Assembly (NCBI GenBank): GCA_045837725.1
Contig: JBEWZL010000276.1
Span: 1-64,000, forward strand
Direction: 5' to 3'
Length of the DNA: 64,000 nucleotides
From: Vermamoeba vermiformis
Lineage: Eukaryota
The notes beneath the pieces were generated by a model. The model saw only the letters and a list, made by a program, of their open reading frames with translations, did no database searches and had not been told where the DNA came from. Positions 53,501 through 64,000 of the stretch are shown here, piece after piece; positions within the stretch are counted from its first letter, which is position 1, and every line of letters begins with the position of its first letter. A program made the translations under genes and the position numbers.

Positions 53501-53903
53501 TTGAAGACACTGCAGTGCCGATCAATAGGCGTTGATAACTTTCAGTCAGATCTGAGACCGGATTGCTCGTTTCAGAACCAACAGGACCAAGCAGATAATC
53601 CACTGTACTGTCGTTCAAAAGTTTTCTATAATTTTCCAAGGTGACAGCGGCGCTTCCATCGTCCTCTAAAACTTTCAGTTCAAATTTATAAGTTTGTCCT
53701 CTGATCTCTTTGCTCGTCGCTGCAATCTTGTCCAGCCAGAAATTTAAGCCGTTTAAGATTTTAGCACCTTGTAGAGCTCGACTGCTTCCTGTGGGAGTTG
53801 TAGTCAACGAGATACCAAGTGTTATAGTGCCGCTGGAGACGTCGCAAAGTGTAGATCCGATCGCAACCAACAACAAGCACGACACAATGAGTAAAGTGCG
53901 CAT
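50517..53903 (-). CDS. Class C (GABA-B-like/Grl-type) GPCR with a periplasmic-binding-protein-type ectodomain, multi-exon
   Basis: Signal peptide, VLEDDGS...VDYLLGPVGS, 7TM motifs PIIKASSPNLL, LFAKSWRIYKL and FNESKIIAFS, and a C-terminal coiled coil. Confidence 0.87.
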
Positions 53904-54697
53904 TGTTGATCGTATTCGTGTGTGGTGCAATGTTCAATTGACGAATTAGATCTGACGATTGGCATCTTCACTTGTTCATTGTATCACCACGTGATCATGT
54001 GTCGTTCATGACGTATACCATTATTTCCATTTTTAGACGTCCAAAAGAATACAATCTGGCTCAGAGATAATCGTACATGTCGTTTGCACGAGAAATGACC
54101 GTTATTTAAGCTTCGCATCATTGGCACGAAAGTCGATACATAACTGTTTTGGTTAGCGAAGGATCAAGGCTTTGCGCAAGAAATTATCTTCACTAAATCC
54201 AACGGCAAGAATTCTTGATTCGCAGTGTATCTTTGCCTGTCAAGCTCGCAAGTATGTAAACTAAACAACAAACGAAGTTAGATTGTTTCAAGATCATAAA
54301 TCCGTAAAAAAAATTATTTAAATTTTAATGCAATGGAACACAAAAGGTTTTTACGGCCTTACATCTTATACACTACAAAAAATTAACTAATATTTTCCTG
54401 ATATCCCTTGCAGTTTCCTTCATAGCCAGATCATGTTTGATTTTTCGCAAGCGCCGTTTGCGGCATTATATCGGCTGCTATAATTCGGCCTAATACATGA
54501 TTATCTGGCTATAGTTGCACTTCGCCTAAGCAAGCAAAAAAAGGCGGGCTCGAGAAATTTCTCTGCTTCGTTCGCCTAACAAAAAATTTTGCTGTTCCTA
54601 ATTATCTGCGTTCGGCTCAGGAGCACAACACAAATACAAGAATAAAGATGGAGTCTTATTATCAACAAAGAAATATAGCGAAACACCGCGAAGCAAG

Positions 54698-55492
54698 ATG
54701 CAAAACGTGAAGTGCGTAGTTGTCGGTGACGGAGCTGTTGGCAAAACTTGCCTATTGATTTCATACACATCCAATGCATTCCCCAATGAATATATTCCCA
54801 CTGTATTTGAAAACTATTGTAAGTAGTAGCAGCAAAAAATTGTTTCTAACCCAAAAGAAATATTCTAATGCTTATTAATGTAGGTGCAAGCGTATTAATT
54901 GATGGAAAGCCTTATTATTTGGGTTTATGGGATACTGCTGGACAAGAAGATTACGACAGGTACGCGATCTGGTTAGGCTTATTCCAAGCTTGCGTGTTAG
55001 TGACCATCTTTTCTTGCATTAGGACATTATAGATTAAAGTACAATATTTCTAATATTTTTATAATTTTTAGATTGAGACCTTTGTCCTACCCGAACTCGG
55101 ATGTGTTCTTGGTCTGCTTCTCTGTAATTAACCCGAACTCCTTCGAAAACGTTCGTGCAAAATGGTACCCTGAAGTATCACATCATTGCCCGAATGCTCC
55201 TATTATTCTCGTTGGCACAAAGGCGGATTTGCGAGAAGATCCCGAAGCCCTCGAGCGACTTGCCTCCAAACGCCAAGTTCCCGTTACTTTTGAGCAAGGA
55301 CTTCAAATGAGCAAAGAGATTGAGGCTTACAAATACATGGAATGCTCAGCATTGACTCAGAAAGGTTTGAAACAAGTGTTTGAAGAGGCAGTTCGATCTG
55401 TTGGCGAGTCACAGCGAAAACAAAATTTGAAGGCGAAGAAGAGCGGTAAAAAATCTGCGCGAAGCGGACGTGGCCAATGTATTGTATTGTAA
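54698..55492 (+). CDS. Rac/Rho-family small GTPase, three exons
   Basis: [50 protein letters not shown] and CAAX box CIVL. Confidence 0.96.
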
Positions 55493-55681
55493 AATAGAAG
55501 CGAACGACATAATGTAAATAGTTTTAAGGTACTTGTTTGGATTTTTAAATTTCGGATCGGCCAGCCAATTATATTACGTTAAACCCTATTATATTGGTGG
55601 TAATTTAGCAGCTATTAAGGTTTGTGTTCGTTTTTGGGCTGCGCCGAAAACGACGAAGCGAATGGCATTATTTTTCTTTTC

Positions 55682-56822
55682 ATGCAACGAGCAGCCACAA
55701 TTATCAAACACCTCATGAAGCCACGATTCTTGCACACTAAGGCTAGAGTCCTCGAATATCAAGGCGGTGCTAAGCGCACTGAAGTTCCTGACGACAAAGT
55801 AGATTGGAACGTTGAATTCCCAGACTACAAGCCGGTTGATTATACCGCGCCCGTAGTGTTATCCAAGCCTGTTTGGGCCGATCCTGATTTCAGAACCGAA
55901 AAAGACCTTAAGCCTCAATACAATGCTGTGGATGGCAAAGTTGATCGAAGAAGCTTTGAAGGCGCTTATCAAATCGAAAATAATGTGCCTAAAAATCCTT
56001 TCGGTAGAACAGGTAATTAGACCACGTTTAAAATAATTATTGGAATTAGTTTACGATATTTTTGGAATTTTAAATTTATTTGTGGATGTTAGGTATGGCC
56101 GGTAGAGGTCTGTTAGGTCGCTGGGGTCCTAACCACGCAGCCGATCCCGTAGTTACGAGGTAAAATTTACAATTTAATTGAAAATTGAAGACTAATTTCT
56201 AGGCTCTCAGATGGAAGCGAGATGACAAAGGCCAAGTACTTTCTAAAGACGGCAAGAAGGTCCTCGAGTTTGTTGCTATTAAGAGAAAAGATAACGGCAA
56301 TTGGGCTATTCCTGGAGGTAATTTCAAGCCAGATTTACCACGCGCCTTTCGAATCTCCTTTCAAAAAATATCAGCGAAGCCTATCAGCATTATTAGCACT
56401 TGCAAATATTATTCGAAGCATCACTTACCAATAATCGTTATTTTTCAGGCATGGTTGATCCTGGTGAGAACATCTCCGTTACATTGAAGCGCGAGTTCGG
56501 TGAGGAAGCTTTGAACAGCGAAGAACTGAGCCCTGAAGAGCGCAAAGAGACTGAAAAACAGTTGCACGAGCTGTTTGCCCACGGCGTTGAAGTCTACAAG
56601 GGCTACGTGGACGATCCTCGTAACACTGACAACGCCTGGATGGAGACTGTTGCAGTCAACTTCCACGACGACGATGGTTCCGTATTCTCCAAGTTTAAGC
56701 TGCACGCTGGTGACGATGCAGGAGCAGTGCAATGGTTAGAATTGACTGGCAGCTTGGACTTGTACGCGAGTCACATCCAGTTCTTGAAGAAGGCTGCTGA
56801 GATGCACAGCGCTCATTTCTAA
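55682..56822 (+). CDS. NUDT9: ADP-ribose pyrophosphatase, multi-exon
   Basis: [73 protein letters not shown]. Confidence 0.95.
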
Positions 56823-58689
56823 GTTGGTCAGCTACGTACAAACGATATTAAATGTAAGGATATTAACTAAACAACTTTGCAAAAGCAATCACAAGATTTA
56901 ACCCCTTCCTCTCCTACGCCCTCACAAGAGCGGGCCAAGTAAGTGCCGGCAGCGATATTCTTTGTTCTTATTTGCATTATCGGCTGTGTATATATTCGCT
57001 GAAGCTTAATTTTAACCAACAAATAAGATGCGTAACTTTAGCGGCCTATAGCGTTTGTGTATTTTAGCGTACACAACCACAAATGAATCGATTGTGTATA
57101 TTTTTGCTATTGGTTAGCGTTGGAATCGTATTTGGCCCTAGAGCAGGCAACCAGTAGTAAAAACTCTGATTTTTTTAATTAACATATTATTAATTTATTA
57201 AATCAGCGAATGCCCACCATCCCTTTAACACGCGCCACTACCGCCTCGGGTAGTGTTGCACCTCCGAGGAAAACCCAGTGCCTCCAGCTTTTATATAATC
57301 ACGGAAACGATCTCTTTATCCACTCCCCGACACAAAAGCACAATTCCCGCAAACCCTTCAACTGCCGACACCCACTGAAGTCAAAAATGAAACATGCCAT
57401 GTACCAATAGAGAAGCCACTACGCCGACAAATCCGGGAGACAAGATATCCCGCGAGGGAGAGGGGGGCCCACCCAAAGCGCGCCCGCTAGCGCCAAGAGA
57501 GGGACGGAAGCGGGGGAGCGGCCGAGACTACCCCTCCAAAATCACCAAGCCGCGAAAGAAAACCGGACCACCGGGCCCGCAAGGAAAAAATAAGGGAGGA
57601 AAATGACAAGAACAACGCAAAAACCGCGAGAAAAAAATATGGCGCTCAAGCCGCGTGCACAAAGAAAGAGAGAAGCCCCCACCGAAAAATAGCTATCCAG
57701 GGGAAGATCTGAGAAATACGCCCAGGATCGTCAGTTTCGTTGCTACGCGACCATAGAAAATTAATGTATTTTCCTTTGCATCACCAAGATGACGCCCCTC
57801 AAACTGTGTGAGATTACTTCAAGGCACTATTCACAATGAGAAGACAACTGCCTCGCTACACGACTAAAGGGAAAGGAAAAAGCACTACGATTAGATCAGC
57901 ACCTGAAACGTCCGAAAGAAAGAAAAAAAACACCCCCAAACAACACGGAGAACTGAACGGCCTATTTCCAAGAGATTTTCTCGAACACCTCCGTCGCAAA
58001 TATGTTTGCACCTCGCAGCCAAAAGTGGTGAGACGTGGAGGGAAGTTGGGAAGAAAACGGAGGAGGAATGCCGTCATTAAGGCCATCTAATCTATACAGC
58101 ATTGCCGCCTGTCGTGCCTCTACCCCCGGCAACAGAAAAAAAAAAGAAATAGTAAAAAAAAAATAGTATAGGTGGAAGTTAACTATGAAGAGGAGCCGGC
58201 CGACTCTACTTCGCCCAGGCTACCCAACATTCGAATTTTTTCCGGAGATCCTCAACCATCGCTTCGTCGAGCTTCACTAAGCCATCTCTCCTATGAGGAA
58301 GTCCACGACCAGGCAGACTCAAAGGAAAGACGAATTGATAATAGAGAGACGTCGGACCGCCAAGATGCCTGACATATGGCTACCAGCTATATTTGATGTT
58401 TTTCTGTCCTACACAAATTGATCTGCCTCCCACGACTGCTAACCAGACTTTTGCTCCGGGTACGAGGGCGTGATTTGTGACATACGACTATGTATACTCG
58501 CAAAAAGCCGACAAGAGTGAACACTGGCACCACTATAGCGTGAAGACAAAACGAATTGTCACGAACTCGAAAATAACGAATGTAGAATTTAGAGAGACCC
58601 ACATTATGTGTTCTCGGAGATGTGTTCGTATCACGGGCCGATTTTTGCCAAAAGATTCATCAAAGCGCACCCACGCATAATAGCATCTT

Positions 58690-58935
58690 TTGTTGTTAAT
58701 CCTCCGTTCAAGCACCATCTCAAGCACGCCTGTATCCAGCGATACTCCGCTCTCGACGAATCCGGATGGGCCAACCTCATCTGCTCCTCTCTCGACAAAT
58801 CCTGACAGTCCAACCTCGTCTGCTCCTTTGCAAATCCCCGTAACAAACTCTCAAACGCCAAGAGCCCAAGTTAGCGCTGGCACATCTACGGTCAACGTGA
58901 TGTTTGGAATCGCGTGGATTTTGTTAGCTCTTTAA
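58690..58935 (+). CDS. C-terminal fragment of a probable GPI-anchored protein; upstream part unreadable
   Basis: Two 39-bp repeats (PLSTNPDGPTSSA / PLSTNPDSPTSSA), then a hydrophobic tail VMFGIAWILLAL and a stop. Confidence 0.55.
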   Translation: MLLILRSSTISSTPVSSDTPLSTNPDGPTSSAPLSTNPDSPTSSAPLQIPVTNSQTPRAQVSAGTSTVNVMFGIAWILLAL

Positions 58936-59089
58936 GAGCCTGTGATATTATAAATAATAGGATGGCAAGTTTGTGAACGGTATGACATGTAAAAGATTTT
59001 TTGCAATTCCAGCGAGATTGATCACAAAGCATAAAAATAACAATAAAATCAATTCAATAATGTGACGAACGTAAAGAAGAACAACACAA

Positions 59090-60470
59090 ATGAATCAAGC
59101 ATACAGCATAGCATTTGTTATCTTGATTGCATTAAGCATTAACATTAATGCCTCTCCCTTAACGTCCGGCAATATTTTAGCCACCGAAAATAGTGAGTAG
59201 ATCTGCTTCGGTTTGATCCAAAATTTGCTAATCGCTACTTCAGTATTCGCAGATATCTCTACGGTTGATGGATCATGCTCAGGCAACGGCACTTTATTGG
59301 AATTGACACCCGAAGGTCAACTTGTTCAACAGATCAAACTTCCAGCTGAATGCCTCTTTTTCACTAATGTATATGCCGGATATATCACCTTATCTAGAGA
59401 CAGAATGAGCGCAGTCGTGCCATGTTGCATCGATCCAAACGTCACTCCTCAAACTGTCGGATTTGTCCAAATCTATTTTGATGGAACAACTTCATCAATG
59501 AAAACAGTGAAACTTCCTGTCAACGCAACAGAGCCTCATAATATCGTACTTGATGGCAACGACTTGTGGTTTGTCGGACGGAACTATCAGACCATGGCTC
59601 CTGGTTACGCGCAACTCTATTACGCCAACCTGACATCAGACACTGCCGAAGCTGTGCCTCTGGGAAATCAAGATTTATTCTTTGTGGATATTGTTAATAA
59701 CGAGTTATTGGTATCAAACTTCTTTCAAGAAGCGGATGGTCTTTTCCAAGTTGGATCCGAGCTTCCAAAGACCGAAAATCAAACACTCACTCCTTTGCTT
59801 AACCTCTCAAACGTTTTGGATGGCTTTGTACACGCTGATACATACGCCTACTATTCACAATATAGTCCTGAAATGGCTTTGGTCAGATGTGATCCCAACA
59901 CTTGGCAACCACTCTACTCTCTCAACTTTACTGACGAATTTGTTCAGTTTGCTGTCGTACATAACAACGACACTGACATTATCATTGTTGGTTCTATGTT
60001 TAACGCCCAGCAAAGCATGCACATGGTTGGCTATTTCCACGACGACGGCAAACAGATCACGCTCGTGAACGTCACCGACACAGGCGATTACTTCATTAAG
60101 ATCGGTTCATTGACTCCAAACAGTCATTGCACGAACAACAAGACTGATTTTGACGAGACTGACGTTGACTGTGGTGGTTCATTGTGTGACACGTGTCAAG
60201 TTGGCAAGAAATGCTCATCGAACAGCGACTGCGCTTCGAACAGCTGTGGCGCGAACAATACTTGCGTTGGTAAATTCAATAATATTCCGATCTAATTAAA
60301 AATAGTACCAAACTAACCGTTCTTATGTAGAACCGGAACCCGTTGCTAGCCCGAAGTCATCATCAACCACACCCACATCCACACCAACTCAACAAGGCAA
60401 GACGAGCAACGGCGCTTCAATTTTAGCGCACTTGAGTTTAGCAACAGCGTTACTCGTATTCGCAGCATGA
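59090..60470 (+). CDS. Secreted/GPI-anchored protein with a beta-rich N-terminal region and Cys-rich ETDVDCGG module, three exons
   Basis: Signal peptide at 59090, introns near 59193 and 60270, CTNNKTDFDETDVDCGGSLCDTC...C and a hydrophobic tail. Confidence 0.8.
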
Positions 60471-60618
60471 AAATAATAAATTAAGACTTGATGTTGCATC
60501 ACGAATTTATTCGACAACTATCTCCTGCAAAATTTATTAACGGATTAATAGACTGCCTTTAACGCACTGCTTTTTGGTTCCGGATCTTTTGTTTTAAAAT
60601 TATTTCGCAATTATTTAT

Positions 60619-62182
60619 TTATACTAACAACAAAGCATTGATACAACCATCATTTTCAGGGTTATTAGTCACTTGGGCGTATTTACCCCAAACAACTTTA
60701 CCAGTCTGTGTAACCAAACCGAGATCCGCTACATTGACTTCGATAACAGTACCCTTTGTAATAACGCCTAATTGTGTATATAGAGGACTTTGAGGGTTCT
60801 TCTTAACGCCCAAAATGTCCAATTGGAAAGTGCTCTTCAATTCCGGATGTGTTACGTTGGCTATTTGAAATTAAAAGTATTGATTAGCAACTAAATTGAC
60901 TATATTAGGAAAATTCCTTACCTTTCTTGAAACGCAATGCCATTGGTCGAACAAATCGTTCGTACTTTGGCGGTTTTCGAGTAAATCCGTCACCGACGTA
61001 GGTAACTTTAGTGACCATACGTTTCCACGCCTTTTTCTGTCGTTTACCAGTCTTGATCACGCGGAACATTTCGTCTTCACTGATTGGCTTGACTTTAGGC
61101 AAAGGTACGTCCCATTTTCCGGCTTTTTCTTTGCGCTTCTGTTTGATCATGTTGGTGAGCACTTTGGCACGTGACACGTTCTGTCTGTCCAAGAGATAAG
61201 GCGGCACGGCTCCGTCCTTAACAACGTCGCTGTCGGCGTGCTTGTTATTGCGCTCTTCGTGCATGTTGATACTATATTAGGAAATAACGCCGTTAGTGAA
61301 AAGTTCGGTACTCGCGACAAAAAAAATAGCCAAAAAAAATGCCAAAAAATAACAGATTTAACGTGATTATGCAATTACATCGTTCTATATAATATTGACG
61401 TATATGATTATTATTGAAAAATTACAAACGATTCGTTTGTAGGAAGAAAATCATTCTTAAATGTAAAATGTCCGATCTGTAGAATAATCGCAAGGGACAG
61501 TTCAAAAATTATTGTCGTACTCGAAAATAAACGATAAATTCGAAGAAAAGAAAATATAACAAGGCTTTGGATCTTTAGCGAAAAATTCTCGGTCGGACAT
61601 TCAACTTCGTTATTAATTCAAATAATATCAAGTGCTCGTTATAAAGTCAATATATAATTCGTCAAAATAATAACTTACGTTTTCTTCATCTCGATCTTCT
61701 CGGCATGGCGTTTCTGATTGTACAATTTAGCCTTCAGACCGTGGACATTTTGAGCGAACTGAGATCGTTTCTTAGCACTACGTGCTTCTTTTTTACGCCT
61801 ATTATAATTTCCTCGTTAATAAATAATTCGTGTGAAGAAAGTGAGATCTGATTTGATCGCGATCTTCGTAATAAAATAAAATCCACTGCAAGAATCTTTC
61901 TAAAATCTTCCTAATGCTGCATATTATAATTTTATAATTTTAGTCGGTCGGCAGCTGAATTCTGGCTGAGTTTCAAAATAACGCATCGACGATCCAGATT
62001 CACTTACTCTCGTTCTTCTTGATCTAAACGATGACCGTGTCGTTTCTGATGTAATTCAATATAATCTCCTTGAGGCTAAATATTTAACAACGTTAGTGAA
62101 AGTAAATCCATGGCGCATCACAAATCCGATCTTCGATCAAGACTTTGAATAAGCATTGGCTTTTGCTCTAAAGACTTACCAT
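60619..62182 (-). CDS. NSA2: Ribosome biogenesis protein NSA2, multi-exon (first exon is the ATG only)
   Basis: [60 protein letters not shown]. Confidence 0.96.
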
Positions 62183-62348
62183 GTTGAGCTATATATACAA
62201 ATGTTATATGTGGTTCTCGGGGCAATATGAGAAAAGAACTGACCGTTTTTTGTTCGTGGACAATTTTTGACAGATGCGAAAATTTGTTTTGAATTAAAAC
62301 AGGTCAATATGACCTCATATCATATATACTTGATGTAATATAGCTATA

Positions 62349-64000
62349 ATGGGCTCGTTTATAAGCGCAGTCATAACAGATATTGGAGATCTGTTAATGC
62401 AGGTCGTGAAAATTGTTTTACGCTTTGTAGCGAAAGAAAAAATTGCTAGACTGCTGTATATTGTTTTGTATATTCTTAGTATTGTATTTTTGTATAACCT
62501 TCCGAATAATGGTACGTTCTAGATTTTTTAATTGATTTTTGGTAATTTTTTCTTGATCTAACGACATCTAACAGCCTCAAAAACACGTGTCTCAGAAATG
62601 AACCTCAAGTGTGATATACACGCATTTTTTAACGATACTCACGTCAACACGACGTTTTATTACAGCGATCGGCTCGAAAAGGTTTGCAATTTGTACAATT
62701 CCTTAGCTTTTCAATTATATTACATTAAAATATCATATATAGATATACTATACACTGCTATACAAAAAAATCGTGAGCAGAAATGGAAAATCATTTGATT
62801 AATTTTGTATCGATACAGACTTACCTCTTAAGAAGCAAATACGAGCAAGAAAATGCCCTGCGTGAATGGGACATTAAATTAACCACGCAAATTCAGTATT
62901 TTATGAACAAATTAGGCTTTGAGACGCAACTGCACCGCGTATACTTAAATGGTAAGTCTAGTTAATTTATAAACTTTAAATATGGCTTCAGACCATCGTA
63001 ATAATATCACTGATTATGAAATTACCGGCCACAAAGTAATTAGATTAAAAATAAATGTGGTTGTGGTCATTTTCCTAAAAAGGAAAAAACGCGTACTGGA
63101 TCTCCGCACTCGCGAACAGAAGCAGATGCAGCAAGCTAATTATTAGTGAGGTCTTGTTAATCCATTATTATTTGATAGACACTACGGACGAGTATCTCAT
63201 CAACGTCATTGGAATTCTTCGCGCAGAACGAGCGATGGACAACGAAGGATTTGTATTGACTTCTAGATACGATACGAGGTATGAAATATTATAATTATAC
63301 TACCATATGCATACTTAGTTCCCATAACGAAGTTAGAGTTTTCTACAGTTATCTTTTAGGATCTGCTACGTTTGTTTTCACAGATCTGATAGTTTTGAAG
63401 TTAACCTTATACTTAGATATTGACCCTTTATTATAGTGATGCATTTAAGACAGTCGGATTGCAGCTTGGCCTTGCCAGTTACTTTTCCAGTACGAAGTGG
63501 CAAGGTCGCGATCTGATTTGGGTATTTACCGACGAGTCGCGTGCAGTGTCGGGCATTGAAAATTGGCTCGAAGAATATCAAGATGTATATAATAATAACG
63601 AATATCACAACGATCTTCGACAAAATAAGCGGCAGATCTCGTCAGACAGATTTATTCGCGCTGGAAGATTATTTGGCGCCATTTCAATGCATCAAACGGA
63701 CTTTGATTTTCCTATAAAACGATTCATAATATACCCAGAGGTAATTATAATATTCTTAATTTGATCCGGATCTAAATCAATTTTATTTATTTTTACCATA
63801 TTTTTACCATATTTAGGGTCTTGGAGGAGTACTTCCTAATTTGGATATTGTCAATACTGTCACTACGACAGCATATTTGCACGACACCACGAACTTTTCA
63901 TCAGCTGGATTGAATCCTTATCAAGAGGACGAGCCCATCCACGGCACTGCAAACGAAATGTTTTCTTTTCTGTGGCACACCGCTCTATCTTTCCCGCGCA
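62349..64000 (+). CDS. GAA1: GPI transamidase component Gaa1, 3'-truncated by the window edge
   Basis: NVIGILRAERAMDNEGFVL, LASYFSSTKWQGRDLIWV, GIENWLEEY, RAGRLFGAI and EGLGGVLPNLDIVN. Confidence 0.88.

Noticed and set aside
1-64000. CRISPR array, Fanzor/TnpB, reverse transcriptase or giant-virus hallmark genes
   Set aside because: No regularly spaced direct repeats and no RuvC, RT or capsid motifs were recognised in the ORF track or in the spliced models.

Overview
Gene-dense, intron-rich eukaryotic DNA (short AT-rich GT-AG introns with a CTAAC/CTAAT branch motif). The gene set (class C GPCR with a periplasmic-binding-type ectodomain, hybrid His kinase, RasGEF, Rac, sterol C24-methyltransferase, Asn-rich tracts) suggests an amoebozoan-like protist; that assignment is inference. 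About 24 protein genes or gene remnants were modelled by hand. The most unusual structure is at 1-4.2 kb: a pogo-type DD35D transposase gene and a gene for an OB-fold-like/RS-rich protein sit head to head, and their first introns share a 316-bp inverted repeat (5 mismatches) that brackets the shared promoter region and both first exons. Other notable items are a 5S rRNA plus tRNA-Gln pair nested in one intron of a ubiquitin protease gene, a TodS/StyS-like sensor kinase with spliceosomal introns, a CpG-depleted island holding a SAM+NTPase (Crinkler-like) pseudogene, a lysine-free-tail H2A, a tandem pair of orphan genes with SH2-like and F-box-like motifs, and recurrent GATC clusters in introns. 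Many single-base frameshifts and two T-poor garbled tracts point to an imperfectly polished assembly. Exon boundaries are manual predictions, and protein similarities are from motif recall, not database searches.
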